A stretch of DNA of 64,000 bases, taken from positions 20,713 through 84,712 of the forward strand of contig JBBTRR010000006.1 in assembly GCA_038065095.1 (NCBI GenBank), read 5' to 3'. How positions within the stretch are numbered: the stretch's first letter is position 1; every line of letters starts with the position of its first letter. Positions 1-9,562 of this stretch are shown here, in pieces. Origin of the DNA: Patescibacteria group bacterium. GTDB lineage: Bacteria; Patescibacteriota; Minisyncoccia; JACQLN01. The notes under the pieces are model-generated. The model searched no databases, had not been told where the DNA came from, and was given only the letters and a program-made list of their open reading frames with translations. Position numbers and translations under genes: made by a program.

Positions 1-948
1 AATACTCAAAAAATAGACACACTTATTCAATTAATTAAAAACACTGAGCTTAATGGTGTGGTACTAGATGTAAAAGATGCTACTGGCTATTTAACTTACA
101 CAGTAAATGTGCCACTGGCCGAACAAATTGGAGCTAACAACCAAATTAAAGTTCGTAATATAGACGATCTAATAAATAAGTTTCATAAAGAAAATATTTA
201 TGTAATTGGCAGAGTTCAGGTTTTTCAAGACCCAGTCTTGGCTACTGGACGCCCAGATATTGCCATTAAAGAAACAAAAACCGGTAAAGTTTGGAAAGAT
301 AACAAAGGCCTTGCTTGGATAGATCCCTCCAGCCGAATTGCCTGGCAATACAACATAGATATTGGCAAAGATATGGCGGGCCATGGTTTTGATGAAATTA
401 ACTTTGATTATGTCCGTTTTCCATCCGACGGTGAAACCAATAAAATGGATTACCCATTCTGGAATGCAGTTCAACCTAAATACGAACTCATTGGCAGTTT
501 TTTTGCATACTTAAACCAAGAATTAAAAAGTTCCAATGTGCCAATTTCCGCCGATATTTTTGGACTTGCCGCATGGCGAGCTATGGATTTTAATTTTGAT
601 TTAAATATAGGCCAACGTTTAATAGATGCTTTGCCATATTTTGATTATGTTTCGCCCATGATTTATCCATCGCACTATCCAGATAATTTTGACGGCATTA
701 AAAAACCTGCTACAAAACCATACGAGATAATTAAAGGTTCGCTAACTGCTTGGCAAGATTTAAAAGCTACAACTTCTTATAAAGCTATCTTACGGCCGTG
801 GTTGCAAGATTTTGACCTTGGTGGAATAAAATACGATGCCGCAAAAGTGCGGGCGCAAATACAAGCTACTTATGATTCTAGCGTAGACAGCTGGCTGTTA
901 TGGAATTCGTCTAACCGCTATACTAAAGATGCTCTGTTGCCAGAATAG
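1..948 (+). CDS. Putative glycoside hydrolase, DUF4015-like (5' end outside window)
   Basis: Frame is open from base 1; GFDEINFDYVRFP, SPMIYPSHY and LRPWLQDF motifs of TIM-barrel putative glycosyl hydrolases. Confidence 0.75.
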   Translation, partial: NTQKIDTLIQLIKNTELNGVVLDVKDATGYLTYTVNVPLAEQIGANNQIKVRNIDDLINKFHKENIYVIGRVQVFQDPVLATGRPDIAIKETKTGKVWKDNKGLAWIDPSSRIAWQYNIDIGKDMAGHGFDEINFDYVRFPSDGETNKMDYPFWNAVQPKYELIGSFFAYLNQELKSSNVPISADIFGLAAWRAMDFNFDLNIGQRLIDALPYFDYVSPMIYPSHYPDNFDGIKKPATKPYEIIKGSLTAWQDLKATTSYKAILRPWLQDFDLGGIKYDAAKVRAQIQATYDSSVDSWLLWNSSNRYTKDALLPE

Positions 949-976
949 CTTAAAAACTATACAATCTGAGAATTAT

Positions 977-1354
977 ATGGACCTATTTGATTACCAAAAC
1001 TTAATACTCCTTTTTGCCAGAATTGTTCTGGGTGTTACTTTTATTGCTCACGGCTGGCCTAAAATAAAAAACCCTACCGGCATGGCCGATTGGCTTAAAA
1101 GCATGCGTTTTCCGGCCACAAGGCTGATGTCTATAATAGTAGCCATAGTAGAGTTTTTTGGTGGATTAGCCATTCTGTTTGGTGTATACACACAACTTCC
1201 GGCCATACTTATTGCTTTTAATATGCTAGTGGCAACAGGCGTTAGAAAAATCGCTAACAAAGACAAATGGGTTGGAGGATACGAACTAGATTTATCTTTA
1301 CTGGCTCTGGCTTTAATAATTGCTTTATATGGGCCGGGCGAATGGATTATATGA
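977..1354 (+). CDS. DoxX family membrane protein
   Basis: RIVLGVTFIAHGWPK, VEFFGGLAILFG and GGYELDL motifs; ATG at 977 preferred over the 929 start. Confidence 0.85.
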   Translation: MDLFDYQNLILLFARIVLGVTFIAHGWPKIKNPTGMADWLKSMRFPATRLMSIIVAIVEFFGGLAILFGVYTQLPAILIAFNMLVATGVRKIANKDKWVGGYELDLSLLALALIIALYGPGEWII

Positions 1355-1956
1355 AAAAGAAAATAAAAGCTATAAAAAATGATAATTCCATATCTCCAGT
1401 GGCTATTTTAATAGCTATTATTTTTACTGTTTCGTTTTTCTTTTTTTATAAGGAAAATCCAAAACCAAAAGAAACCGAAGCCGCACCTGTGGTTCAAGAC
1501 CCAACTTTCGGCTGGTATTTACATCAAACAAAAACCAATAATCTTTTTCAAGTTAAGTATCCTTATGGCTGGCATGCTACTTATAGCGGTGGTTTTATAG
1601 GTGAAGAAAATTTATATGTAGAAAGCCCAGATAAAAAAACCGTAATAAAAATAATGGCTAGAACCACCGAAAAATATACAAATATTGAATCACTTTTAAA
1701 AGATATAGATACAATCAACGCCAAAAATAATAGCTTTTATTTGATCAAACAAGAAGATGCTGTAGTAGATGGAAACACTGCTATTAGACGCGAAGAATAT
1801 TTAGCTGGCGAAAAAACAACTTCTATAATTACTTATGTATTAAAAGATAAATCTATAGTACAATTACAAGTAGATTTTATAGGATCCGAGAACATAAATG
1901 CTGAACAAATATCCTTTTATAGCTTAGTAGCCGATACGCTTAAATTCACCCCGTAA
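1351..1956 (+). CDS. Membrane-anchored PsbP-like exported protein
   Basis: N-terminal TM helix, FQVKYPYGW motif, ends VADTLKF; start overlaps the upstream stop (ATGA). Confidence 0.55.
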   Translation: MKKKIKAIKNDNSISPVAILIAIIFTVSFFFFYKENPKPKETEAAPVVQDPTFGWYLHQTKTNNLFQVKYPYGWHATYSGGFIGEENLYVESPDKKTVIKIMARTTEKYTNIESLLKDIDTINAKNNSFYLIKQEDAVVDGNTAIRREEYLAGEKTTSIITYVLKDKSIVQLQVDFIGSENINAEQISFYSLVADTLKFTP

Positions 1957-1968
1957 TATTTAGTTTCA

Positions 1969-2712
1969 ATGTCCGAAAAAATAATAAGTGTAAAAAACTT
2001 AGGTTTTGGTTTTGGTAAAAGACAAATTCTAAAAAATGTCACCTTTGATATTACCGAGGGTGATATTTTGGCTATTATTGGCCCGAATGGCGCCGGTAAA
2101 ACAATGTTAGTGCGAAGTATTTTAGGTTTAAATGATAACTACACCGGCGATATTGTTTGGCATAAAAAACCAGAAACAGGTTATGTGCCACAAAAAATAT
2201 CTTTTGAAAAAGGTTTTCCTCTAACAGTTAAAGAATTTTTTTTGTTTGAAACAGGGAGTAATTTAAACTTTTGGTGGCCTAATAAAAAGAAAGAAGAAGA
2301 AATTAAACAAAGATTAGACGACGTAAAAATTGGCCATTTAATAAATGAAAGACTGGGCGATCTTTCCCAAGGCGAAATGCAAAGAATGTTAATTGCCAGA
2401 AGCCTGCTAGAAAACCCAAAACTTATTTTCTTTGATGAACCCGCTGCTGGCATAGATATTAGCACCGAAGAAACTGTTTATAATTTACTTTACGATTTAT
2501 ACAAGAAGCTAAATTTAACAATGGTTATGGTTTCACACGAACTTTCGGTTGTTTATAGGTTTGCCACCAAAGTTATTTGTTTAAACAAAGATTTGGTTTG
2601 CCAAGGCACACCCCAAGAAGTATTAACCCCCGAAGCTTTACAGGAAGTTTTTGGCCATCATGCTTCAGTTTATAAACATGCACATAATTTAGAACATGAT
2701 CATTCTTCCTAA
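1969..2712 (+). CDS. znuC: Zn/Mn ABC transporter ATP-binding protein
   Basis: Walker A GPNGAGKT, GYVPQK, LSQGEMQR, FFDEP, His-rich tail. Confidence 0.85.
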   Translation: MSEKIISVKNLGFGFGKRQILKNVTFDITEGDILAIIGPNGAGKTMLVRSILGLNDNYTGDIVWHKKPETGYVPQKISFEKGFPLTVKEFFLFETGSNLNFWWPNKKKEEEIKQRLDDVKIGHLINERLGDLSQGEMQRMLIARSLLENPKLIFFDEPAAGIDISTEETVYNLLYDLYKKLNLTMVMVSHELSVVYRFATKVICLNKDLVCQGTPQEVLTPEALQEVFGHHASVYKHAHNLEHDHSS

Positions 2713-2743
2713 TTTCTAATTACTAATATCTAATTCCTAAACA

Positions 2744-3538
2744 ATGGATTGGCTTGAAATATTAAATAACATTTACCCTATACTAATAAGCTTATCACTT
2801 GGGCTTTCGTTGCCTTTGATAGGTGTTTTTGTTATTTTACGCCGTGAAGCTTTATTACCCGACGCAATTTCTCATATCATACTTTTAGGCATAGCGCTTT
2901 CTATTACTTTCAAAATAAACCCTTTGGTCGGCATATTAGCTTTTGCTGTATTAGCTGGTTTAGCTATTTCCTTGCTAAAAAATAAAGCCAATTTAGCCTT
3001 AGATGCTATAGTAGGAGTTTTTTTTACAACATCTTTAGCCTTAGGTTCGCTTTTAATACCTTCCGAAGAACTTTTAGAAACATTTTTAGGCAATATAGAA
3101 AAACTAACAAGAGGAGATGTTTTATTATCCACTGTACTTGCCCTAATAATAATTATTAGTTTGTTAGTTAAATTTAGAGACTTTGCTTTTGTTTCTTTTG
3201 CGCCAGACTTAGCCAAAGTAGATAAAATAAATGTAAAAAAATACGAAATATTTTTCGTATTACTTCTTTCGCTGGGCGTGGCTATTGGCATTAAACTAAT
3301 GGGTACACTTTTGGTTAGTGCTTTAATAATTGTTCCCGCCGCTACCGCCAAAATATTTAGTTTTCAAATTCGCCCTATGACGGGCTGGAGTATGATCTTT
3401 GGTTTACTTTCTGTTTTAGTGGGACTAGGCACTACCACAACCTTAAATTCTCCTCCGGGGCCAACCATAATTTTGATAAGTGCCAGTATCTTCTTTTTAA
3501 CTTTTGTAATGCATTCTATATTTAGAAAGCGTAATTGA
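2744..3538 (+). CDS. znuB: Zn/Mn ABC transporter permease
   Basis: DAISH, GTLLVSALIIVPAATA and PPGPTII motifs; adjacent to the ATPase. Confidence 0.85.
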   Translation: MDWLEILNNIYPILISLSLGLSLPLIGVFVILRREALLPDAISHIILLGIALSITFKINPLVGILAFAVLAGLAISLLKNKANLALDAIVGVFFTTSLALGSLLIPSEELLETFLGNIEKLTRGDVLLSTVLALIIIISLLVKFRDFAFVSFAPDLAKVDKINVKKYEIFFVLLLSLGVAIGIKLMGTLLVSALIIVPAATAKIFSFQIRPMTGWSMIFGLLSVLVGLGTTTTLNSPPGPTIILISASIFFLTFVMHSIFRKRN

Positions 3539-3554
3539 TTTATCTTAAAAGGCA

Positions 3555-3884
3555 GTGAAATTATCTAACGAATTTCACAAGAATGTAAAAGAGATTATCC
3601 CATCAAAAGACGGTAGGTTTTTGGTTAAAATTTGCGGAGATTCTATGATTGATGCCAATATAAACAATGGAGATACCGTACTTGTTGAAGAATTAAAAGA
3701 GTTTATTTCTGGTGATATAGTGCTGGCTTATAACGGCAAAAATCCCGTTATTGGAAAATTTATGTCTACAGATGAACCGCCTTATGTATATTTAAAACCA
3801 GAAAATTCAAATTATTCAAATATTTTATTTACTGATAGTATAAGAATGAAGGGAAAAGTTGTTTCGATTATTAAAAAACAATAA
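3555..3884 (+). CDS. S24 peptidase domain (LexA/UmuD C-terminal-like) with no HTH
   Basis: GDSMIDANINNGD, GDIVLA, LKPENSNY and GKVV motifs. Confidence 0.7.
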   Translation: MKLSNEFHKNVKEIIPSKDGRFLVKICGDSMIDANINNGDTVLVEELKEFISGDIVLAYNGKNPVIGKFMSTDEPPYVYLKPENSNYSNILFTDSIRMKGKVVSIIKKQ

Positions 3885-3894
3885 AATAGCTGGG

Positions 3895-5478
3895 ATGCAA
3901 CAAGAAAAACTACTAACGATTAAAGAAGCGAGCCAGTGGGCAACTAATCTTTTAAAACGGGATGTTAGTGAATCTAATATCTCGTATTTAGTGCAGTATG
4001 GGAAGGTTAAAAAACATAACGGTGGTAGTTCTGTTTTTATTGATATAGATGATTTAAAAAAATATTATGATTCATACCAAGGTAAAAGAGAAACAGACTG
4101 GAAAATAAAACTGGGTAATGATTTAAATTGGGCATTATCCTTTGATAATCTTCGGGAAATAGACACAACAAAACATGTCCACCGCCTACACCCTTATAAA
4201 GGAAAATTTATTCCTCAACTAGTTCAATATTTTGTTGATGATCATACTGATAATTTTAAAAAAGAAGTTTATTTTAAGACTGGTAATGTTATTTTAGATC
4301 CATTTTCTGGTTCAGGTACAACTTTAGTCCAAGCACAAGAAATGGGTATACACTCTATAGGAATTGATGTATCAAATTTTAATTGTATAATGGCAGAAGT
4401 AAAGCTTCTTAATTACGATCTAATAAAACTAGAAGAAGAAATAAAAAAAATAAAACAGACAATACAAAATTACGAAGTAGATAACAAAATTATGATTTTT
4501 GAAAATGAGTTATCAGCCAAAATAACTAGCTTTAATACTAAATATTTTCCAAGTCCCCAATTTAAATACGATCTTCAGCAAAAACATATTAATGAGAATA
4601 AATATGCAATAGAAAAAGAAAGTGAATTTCTAAAGATTTATAATGGTTTAATTAAGAAATACAATATTGAATTAAACAATTTTTCTGCCAAAAGCTTTTT
4701 AGATAAATGGTATATAGGAAATATCAGAAAAGAAATCAGGTTTGCTTTTGAGCAAATCAAAAAAATAAAAGATAGAAAAAATAAAAAAATAATTGCAATA
4801 GTTTTAAGCCGTACTATTAGATCGTGCCGCGCCACAACACATTCAGATTTAGCCACTCTAAAAGAGCCGCAGATAACAACATACTATTGCTGGAAACATA
4901 AGAAAATTTGCAAACCGCTTTTCTCAATAAAAGATTGGTTTGACCGTTACGCCACCGATACAGTTTATAGGCTTAAAATATTTACAAAACTAAAAACTAA
5001 CTCCCATTTTACAGTCATACCCGCAGACTCTCGTACAGTTGATATTTTTAAAGAAATAGAAAAAAGGAATAAGGAATTTTACAAAATTCTAAAAAAACAG
5101 AAAATAAGTGGCATTTTTACTTCTCCGCCATATGTTGGACAAATTGATTACCACGAACAACATGCTTACGCCTACGATTTATTTGGATTTAAAAGAAATG
5201 ATGATATGGAAATAGGACCTCTTTATAAAGGGCAAGGTAAAGAGGCTAAAGAATCTTATATAGACGGAATTTCAAAAGTCTTGCTAAACTCTAAGAGGTT
5301 TTTAGCTGATGGTTTTAATATTTTTTTAGTTGCAAATGATAAATATAACCTGTATCCTACAATTGCCGAAAGAGCGGGAATGAAGATTGTAAACCAATAC
5401 AAGCGACCTGTGCTAAATAGAACCGAGCGAGATAAATCACCTTATTCAGAAATCATATTTCACTTAAAAAATATATAA
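3895..5478 (+). CDS. Amino-DNA methyltransferase (SPPY type, probably N4-C) with N-terminal HTH
   Basis: HPYKGKF, motif I LDPFSGSGTT, motif IV TSPPY; LTIKEAS excisionase-like HTH at the N-terminus. Confidence 0.85.
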   Translation: MQQEKLLTIKEASQWATNLLKRDVSESNISYLVQYGKVKKHNGGSSVFIDIDDLKKYYDSYQGKRETDWKIKLGNDLNWALSFDNLREIDTTKHVHRLHPYKGKFIPQLVQYFVDDHTDNFKKEVYFKTGNVILDPFSGSGTTLVQAQEMGIHSIGIDVSNFNCIMAEVKLLNYDLIKLEEEIKKIKQTIQNYEVDNKIMIFENELSAKITSFNTKYFPSPQFKYDLQQKHINENKYAIEKESEFLKIYNGLIKKYNIELNNFSAKSFLDKWYIGNIRKEIRFAFEQIKKIKDRKNKKIIAIVLSRTIRSCRATTHSDLATLKEPQITTYYCWKHKKICKPLFSIKDWFDRYATDTVYRLKIFTKLKTNSHFTVIPADSRTVDIFKEIEKRNKEFYKILKKQKISGIFTSPPYVGQIDYHEQHAYAYDLFGFKRNDDMEIGPLYKGQGKEAKESYIDGISKVLLNSKRFLADGFNIFLVANDKYNLYPTIAERAGMKIVNQYKRPVLNRTERDKSPYSEIIFHLKNI

Positions 5479-5479
5479 T

Positions 5480-6259
5480 ATGGCTTTATCAAACACACAA
5501 AAAAGCAAAATTTCGGCATTATTAGAAAGAAAAATTGAAGATAAACTTCGTCGTTATACCCGCGAAACTTCTTCAATGCCATTTTTAGCTCGTCTTATTC
5601 AAGATAGCGAGAAAGTTGCAGCATATTCTTTCATACATTCAGTGGCAACCACACTCGGTATGTCAATCTACGAACATATCTCGGTTATTCTCGCTGAAGA
5701 AACAGCAACAGAATGTTTTAGAAATTATGATGTTGGCGGTGTTATTTCGCGTGAGCAAAAATCAGTTATCGATGATATAGTCAGAAAACTTCGCAATGGT
5801 GAAAGAGAAGTTAATAACACACAAGAAATAAAATTAGTACTTAATGCTTCTGCTAAAGATGGAAAGGCACAAAAAGAAGGTAAAATCGCTGATTTTTATA
5901 TGAAGCGAGACGGAAGAGAATACTACTTTGAGATTAAGACAGTAAAACCCAATATAGATGTTTTTACAAAATCAAAAACAAAACTTTTGGAATGGGTAGC
6001 GCGCCGCCGAAGTCCAATCAAAGTTTTCCTCGCTTTTCCATATAATCCATACCATCCACAACCATACGAGCGATTTACAGAACAAGGTGTTTTGGATAGG
6101 GGAAAAGAATTTTTAATCGGCAAAGAATACTGGGATTTTCTTGGTGGCGAGAATACTTTTGAAGAATTGCTATCACTTTTTGATAATATTGGTAAAAAAT
6201 TCAAAGAAAAAATAAAAAATAAAATTCAAGAAGTGGCGCAAAATAGAATGTCCAGTTAA
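5480..6259 (+). CDS. Type II restriction endonuclease, TdeIII-like
   Basis: AD...EIKTVKPN PD-(D/E)xK motif, FPYNPY, YWDFLGG; coupled to the methyltransferase. Confidence 0.75.
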   Translation: MALSNTQKSKISALLERKIEDKLRRYTRETSSMPFLARLIQDSEKVAAYSFIHSVATTLGMSIYEHISVILAEETATECFRNYDVGGVISREQKSVIDDIVRKLRNGEREVNNTQEIKLVLNASAKDGKAQKEGKIADFYMKRDGREYYFEIKTVKPNIDVFTKSKTKLLEWVARRRSPIKVFLAFPYNPYHPQPYERFTEQGVLDRGKEFLIGKEYWDFLGGENTFEELLSLFDNIGKKFKEKIKNKIQEVAQNRMSS

Positions 6260-6282
6260 TATCTTTATTTAAGAAAAAATTT

Positions 6283-6594
6283 ATGGAAATAGAATCAAAA
6301 CAACAAATTTTTGAACGACGGAAAGAAATCGAACAGGAACTCGTGAATATGCTTAAAGAAACTAAGAATGATTTTAATTTAGAATATATCAAGGATATCA
6401 TTTATAACGAAGATGATGGTGATGATTTAATGAAAGTTCTTGCTGTTTTTGACCAGGGACAAGATACTGATGAACTGAACAATATCCTTGAATTAGTAAA
6501 CGATGCCTGGAATTACTTTCCCCATAAAATCATAAACGGTCTTTCCCCAGCCGAAAAATTACTAGAATATCAAAAGAGTGAAAAACTATCCTAG
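6283..6594 (+). CDS. Hypothetical protein
   Basis: 103-aa ORF with DAWNYFPHK..GLSPAE segment. Confidence 0.65.
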   Translation: MEIESKQQIFERRKEIEQELVNMLKETKNDFNLEYIKDIIYNEDDGDDLMKVLAVFDQGQDTDELNNILELVNDAWNYFPHKIINGLSPAEKLLEYQKSEKLS

Positions 6595-7536
6595 TTTTTG
6601 TCCCACAATTTCTTTGTGACCATTTAAAAAATCTTGGGCATTTAGTATTTTTGAACCTTCGGGTTGAACTCTAATTAATTTTATTGCGCCATCGTTACAG
6701 GCGATATAGAGATTTTTAGATTCGTCTGTAAAAACTTCGCCTGACAACTTTTGTCCAACCTCGGAGGTTTGACACTTCTCCAATTCAATTAATTTGAGGC
6801 GGATGTTTTGGCCCGACTTGTTTTTGAAAAAAGTATATACACTTGGCCAATTTATGTAAGCTCGCCATAAATTATAAACTTCTTCAGCCGACATTTTTTG
6901 GTAATCAACCAAGCCATCTTCTTTTTTTATTAACTTGGTAAAAGTAGCTTCAGTGTGGTTTTGTTCTTGTGGTTTAATTTCGCCCGAAACATATTTGGGC
7001 AAATCACGAATTAGCATAGAAGCCCCTATTTGAGCTAATTGAAATTCTAAAGTTAAATAGTTCTCGCTTTGATCAATTAAAAAAACCTCTTGTGAAATTA
7101 CAGGACCATGATCCATCTTTTCGTCTATTACCATAAGCGATACACCTGTTTCGGTTAAACCCTGTGCTAAAGCATTTTGAATAGGCGATGGGCCACGTAA
7201 GCGCGGTAAAAGCGAAGGATGAATATTTATAGTTTTAAACTTTGGAATCTCAAGTACTTCTAGGGGAAGTAACTGGCCATAAGAAATCACTATCATAACG
7301 TCGGGATTTATATTTTTGATTTCACTGCTAATATCTTCAATAGAGATTGGTGTAGTCAAATTTAAATTTAATTCTTTAGCTAATTTAGAAACAGGGGAAT
7401 CTATTAATTGATTTTTGCGACCAGCAGGTTTAGCAGGTTCCGAAATAACCAAAGAAATATCCCAGTCCGTTTGAGATGTTATAGCTTTTAATATAGGAAC
7501 CGCAAATTCGCTGGTACCAGCAAATATTATCTTCAT
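6586..7536 (-). CDS. fmt: Methionyl-tRNA formyltransferase
   Basis: MKIIFAGTSEFA, NIHPSLLPRLRGPSPIQ, MDHGP. Confidence 0.95.
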   Translation of the reverse strand: MKIIFAGTSEFAVPILKAITSQTDWDISLVISEPAKPAGRKNQLIDSPVSKLAKELNLNLTTPISIEDISSEIKNINPDVMIVISYGQLLPLEVLEIPKFKTINIHPSLLPRLRGPSPIQNALAQGLTETGVSLMVIDEKMDHGPVISQEVFLIDQSENYLTLEFQLAQIGASMLIRDLPKYVSGEIKPQEQNHTEATFTKLIKKEDGLVDYQKMSAEEVYNLWRAYINWPSVYTFFKNKSGQNIRLKLIELEKCQTSEVGQKLSGEVFTDESKNLYIACNDGAIKLIRVQPEGSKILNAQDFLNGHKEIVGQKLG

Positions 7537-7602
7537 CGCTCAAATTATACTTAATTGTTTTGCAAATAGCTAGTAAATTGCTACTATAAAAGCAAGCAAA
7601 TT

Positions 7603-7890
7603 ATGCATATTGGCGATATAATAAGGGCTAACAAAGTTAATAAAAGACTTCATTCCAAAGAACATTTATTAGCCGAGGACATTTCTCGTTTAATGCACGA
7701 ACCTAAAAAATTTGCGGCATATTTAGGAATCGCTAATCTTTACCACGAAAGCGATTTACGAGGATTAGCTAAAAGAGTTATAGAAAAAAATAATCTACCT
7801 TTAGAAGCTAGGGGTAAATATTTTTTTGGAGCTTTAAAAGGACTAGTTAAAAAACCTACAGGAAAAATAGTTAAGGATTTTCCTAAATAG
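7603..7890 (+). CDS. Hypothetical protein
   Basis: 95-aa basic ORF translationally coupled to def. Confidence 0.6.
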   Translation: MHIGDIIRANKVNKRLHSKEHLLAEDISRLMHEPKKFAAYLGIANLYHESDLRGLAKRVIEKNNLPLEARGKYFFGALKGLVKKPTGKIVKDFPK

Positions 7891-7891
7891 C

Positions 7892-8344
7892 ATGGAAATA
7901 ATTACAGGACCAAAAAATAAAATATTGCGAGCGAAATCTGAACTGGTAAAAGAAATCACGCCAGAAATTTTAAGCTTGGTTAAAGAAATGAAAGAAACTT
8001 TGGCTAAAGCCGAAAATGGTGTTGGTTTAGCCGCACCTCAAGTTGGTAAAAATATACGTTTGTTTGTGGCTGCCGAAGAAGTAGCCAAGGAAGGGCGCAT
8101 TGTTTTTATTAACCCAGAAATTACTCAGGTTTCTAAAAAACTTATAGGAGAAGAGGAGGGTTGTTTAAGTTTGCCTGGAGAATGGCACGAATTACCTCGA
8201 GCCGATAAAGTAACCATAAAAGCTATGAATGAAAAAGGTGAGAAATTTAAAATTAGAGTAAAGGGAATATTGGCCCGCTTAATGCTTCACGAAGTAGATC
8301 ATTTGAATGGCACTTTATTTATAGATCATTTAAAAAGTAAATAA
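7892..8344 (+). CDS. def: Peptide deformylase
   Basis: GVGLAAPQVG, EGCLSLPG, HEVDHLNG. Confidence 0.97.
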   Translation: MEIITGPKNKILRAKSELVKEITPEILSLVKEMKETLAKAENGVGLAAPQVGKNIRLFVAAEEVAKEGRIVFINPEITQVSKKLIGEEEGCLSLPGEWHELPRADKVTIKAMNEKGEKFKIRVKGILARLMLHEVDHLNGTLFIDHLKSK

Positions 8345-8346
8345 AC

Positions 8347-8943
8347 TTGATAATTATTTATGCTATTTTTCAAAGAATAGTTTGGCTGGTTACTTTTATT
8401 TGTAGCCGGTTTTTTGGTTCGTTTAAAATTATTGGCCACGAAAATTTAAAATATTTAAAAAAACCTGTAATGATTATTTCTAACCACCAAGGTTTTTTTG
8501 ACCCGCTTATAATTGGTACAGTTTTTCCTTTCTTCTCTAACTATCTACCGATAACCTTTATGGTAGATGACAAATATTATAAAAATATATTTTTAAAACC
8601 TTTTTTTCTTTTAACCCAAACCTTTCCTTCTTATTATGGCCAAGGCTTAGATGTTTCTCTACGCGAACCCAGAAAAATTTTACGAAACGGCGGGGTATTT
8701 TTAATTTTCCCTACAGGTGAAAGGCACACATATGGCCCACGCCCTCGGCCTAAAAGAGGCGCTGCGGTTTTAGCCATAGAAATGCCAGATATTAATATTG
8801 TTCCAATATATATAAGCACAAATAAAAAGAAAACAACTCTTAACATAGGAAAATCATTTAAGTTAAGTGGCATTACAAACAGCCAAGATATTGAAACAGT
8901 TTCTCAACTTTTAGCCGAAAAAATATATGAGCTTGATGTATAA
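8347..8943 (+). CDS. plsC: 1-acyl-sn-glycerol-3-phosphate acyltransferase family
   Basis: SNHQGFFDP (NHxxxxD), IFPTGER, IVPIYI. Confidence 0.75.
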   Translation: MIIIYAIFQRIVWLVTFICSRFFGSFKIIGHENLKYLKKPVMIISNHQGFFDPLIIGTVFPFFSNYLPITFMVDDKYYKNIFLKPFFLLTQTFPSYYGQGLDVSLREPRKILRNGGVFLIFPTGERHTYGPRPRPKRGAAVLAIEMPDINIVPIYISTNKKKTTLNIGKSFKLSGITNSQDIETVSQLLAEKIYELDV

Positions 8944-8944
8944 A

Positions 8945-8976
8945 TATACTGAGCCAGCGATCGCTGGCTCAGTATA
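8945..8976. repeat. Perfect 32-bp palindrome centred on CGATCG
   Basis: tatactgagccagcga|tcgctggctcagtata. Confidence 0.95.
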
Positions 8977-8984
8977 GATAAAAT

Positions 8985-9512
8985 ATGATGACTATATTAA
9001 TAATAACCGAAATAATAATCTTAACAGGGTTAGGCCTAGCTTTTTTATTTTTAGGCTTACCACTTCTTTTTACCGGCGCACCTTTTATGCCTTCGTATAA
9101 AAGAAATAAAAAAGATGTTCTAGAAGGTTTGTTTGAAATCGCTAAAAAAGAAAATGTTAAAAAAATTGTAGATGTAGGTTCGGGCGACGCTCGTGTGGTT
9201 ATAGAATTTGCCCGCCAAGGTTTTGAAAGCTACGGCATAGAATTTAACCCGCTACTTGTTTGGTATAGCCGTTATAAAATTAAACGATCAGGTTTAAAAA
9301 ATGCGCATATTATAAAAGGGAATTTTTGGAAAATAAATTTAAGCGAGTTTGATTTGGTTTATTTATTTCAACTTAATTACGTAAACGCATTATTAACTGA
9401 TAAATTTAAAAAGGAATTAAAAACCGGCGCTATTATTGCTAGTGCCGGCTTCCCAATGTTTGGTTTTGACCTTGTTAAACAAGAGGGGATATTTTGGGTT
9501 TATAGGAATTAA
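8985..9512 (+). CDS. Membrane-anchored class I SAM methyltransferase (FAM173-like)
   Basis: N-terminal TM, GAPFMPS, DVGSGDARVV, GIEFNP. Confidence 0.8.
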   Translation: MMTILIITEIIILTGLGLAFLFLGLPLLFTGAPFMPSYKRNKKDVLEGLFEIAKKENVKKIVDVGSGDARVVIEFARQGFESYGIEFNPLLVWYSRYKIKRSGLKNAHIIKGNFWKINLSEFDLVYLFQLNYVNALLTDKFKKELKTGAIIASAGFPMFGFDLVKQEGIFWVYRN

Positions 9513-9562
9513 GCATATTTGCCAAATAATATAATATTTAGTATAATAATCTATACGGAAAT

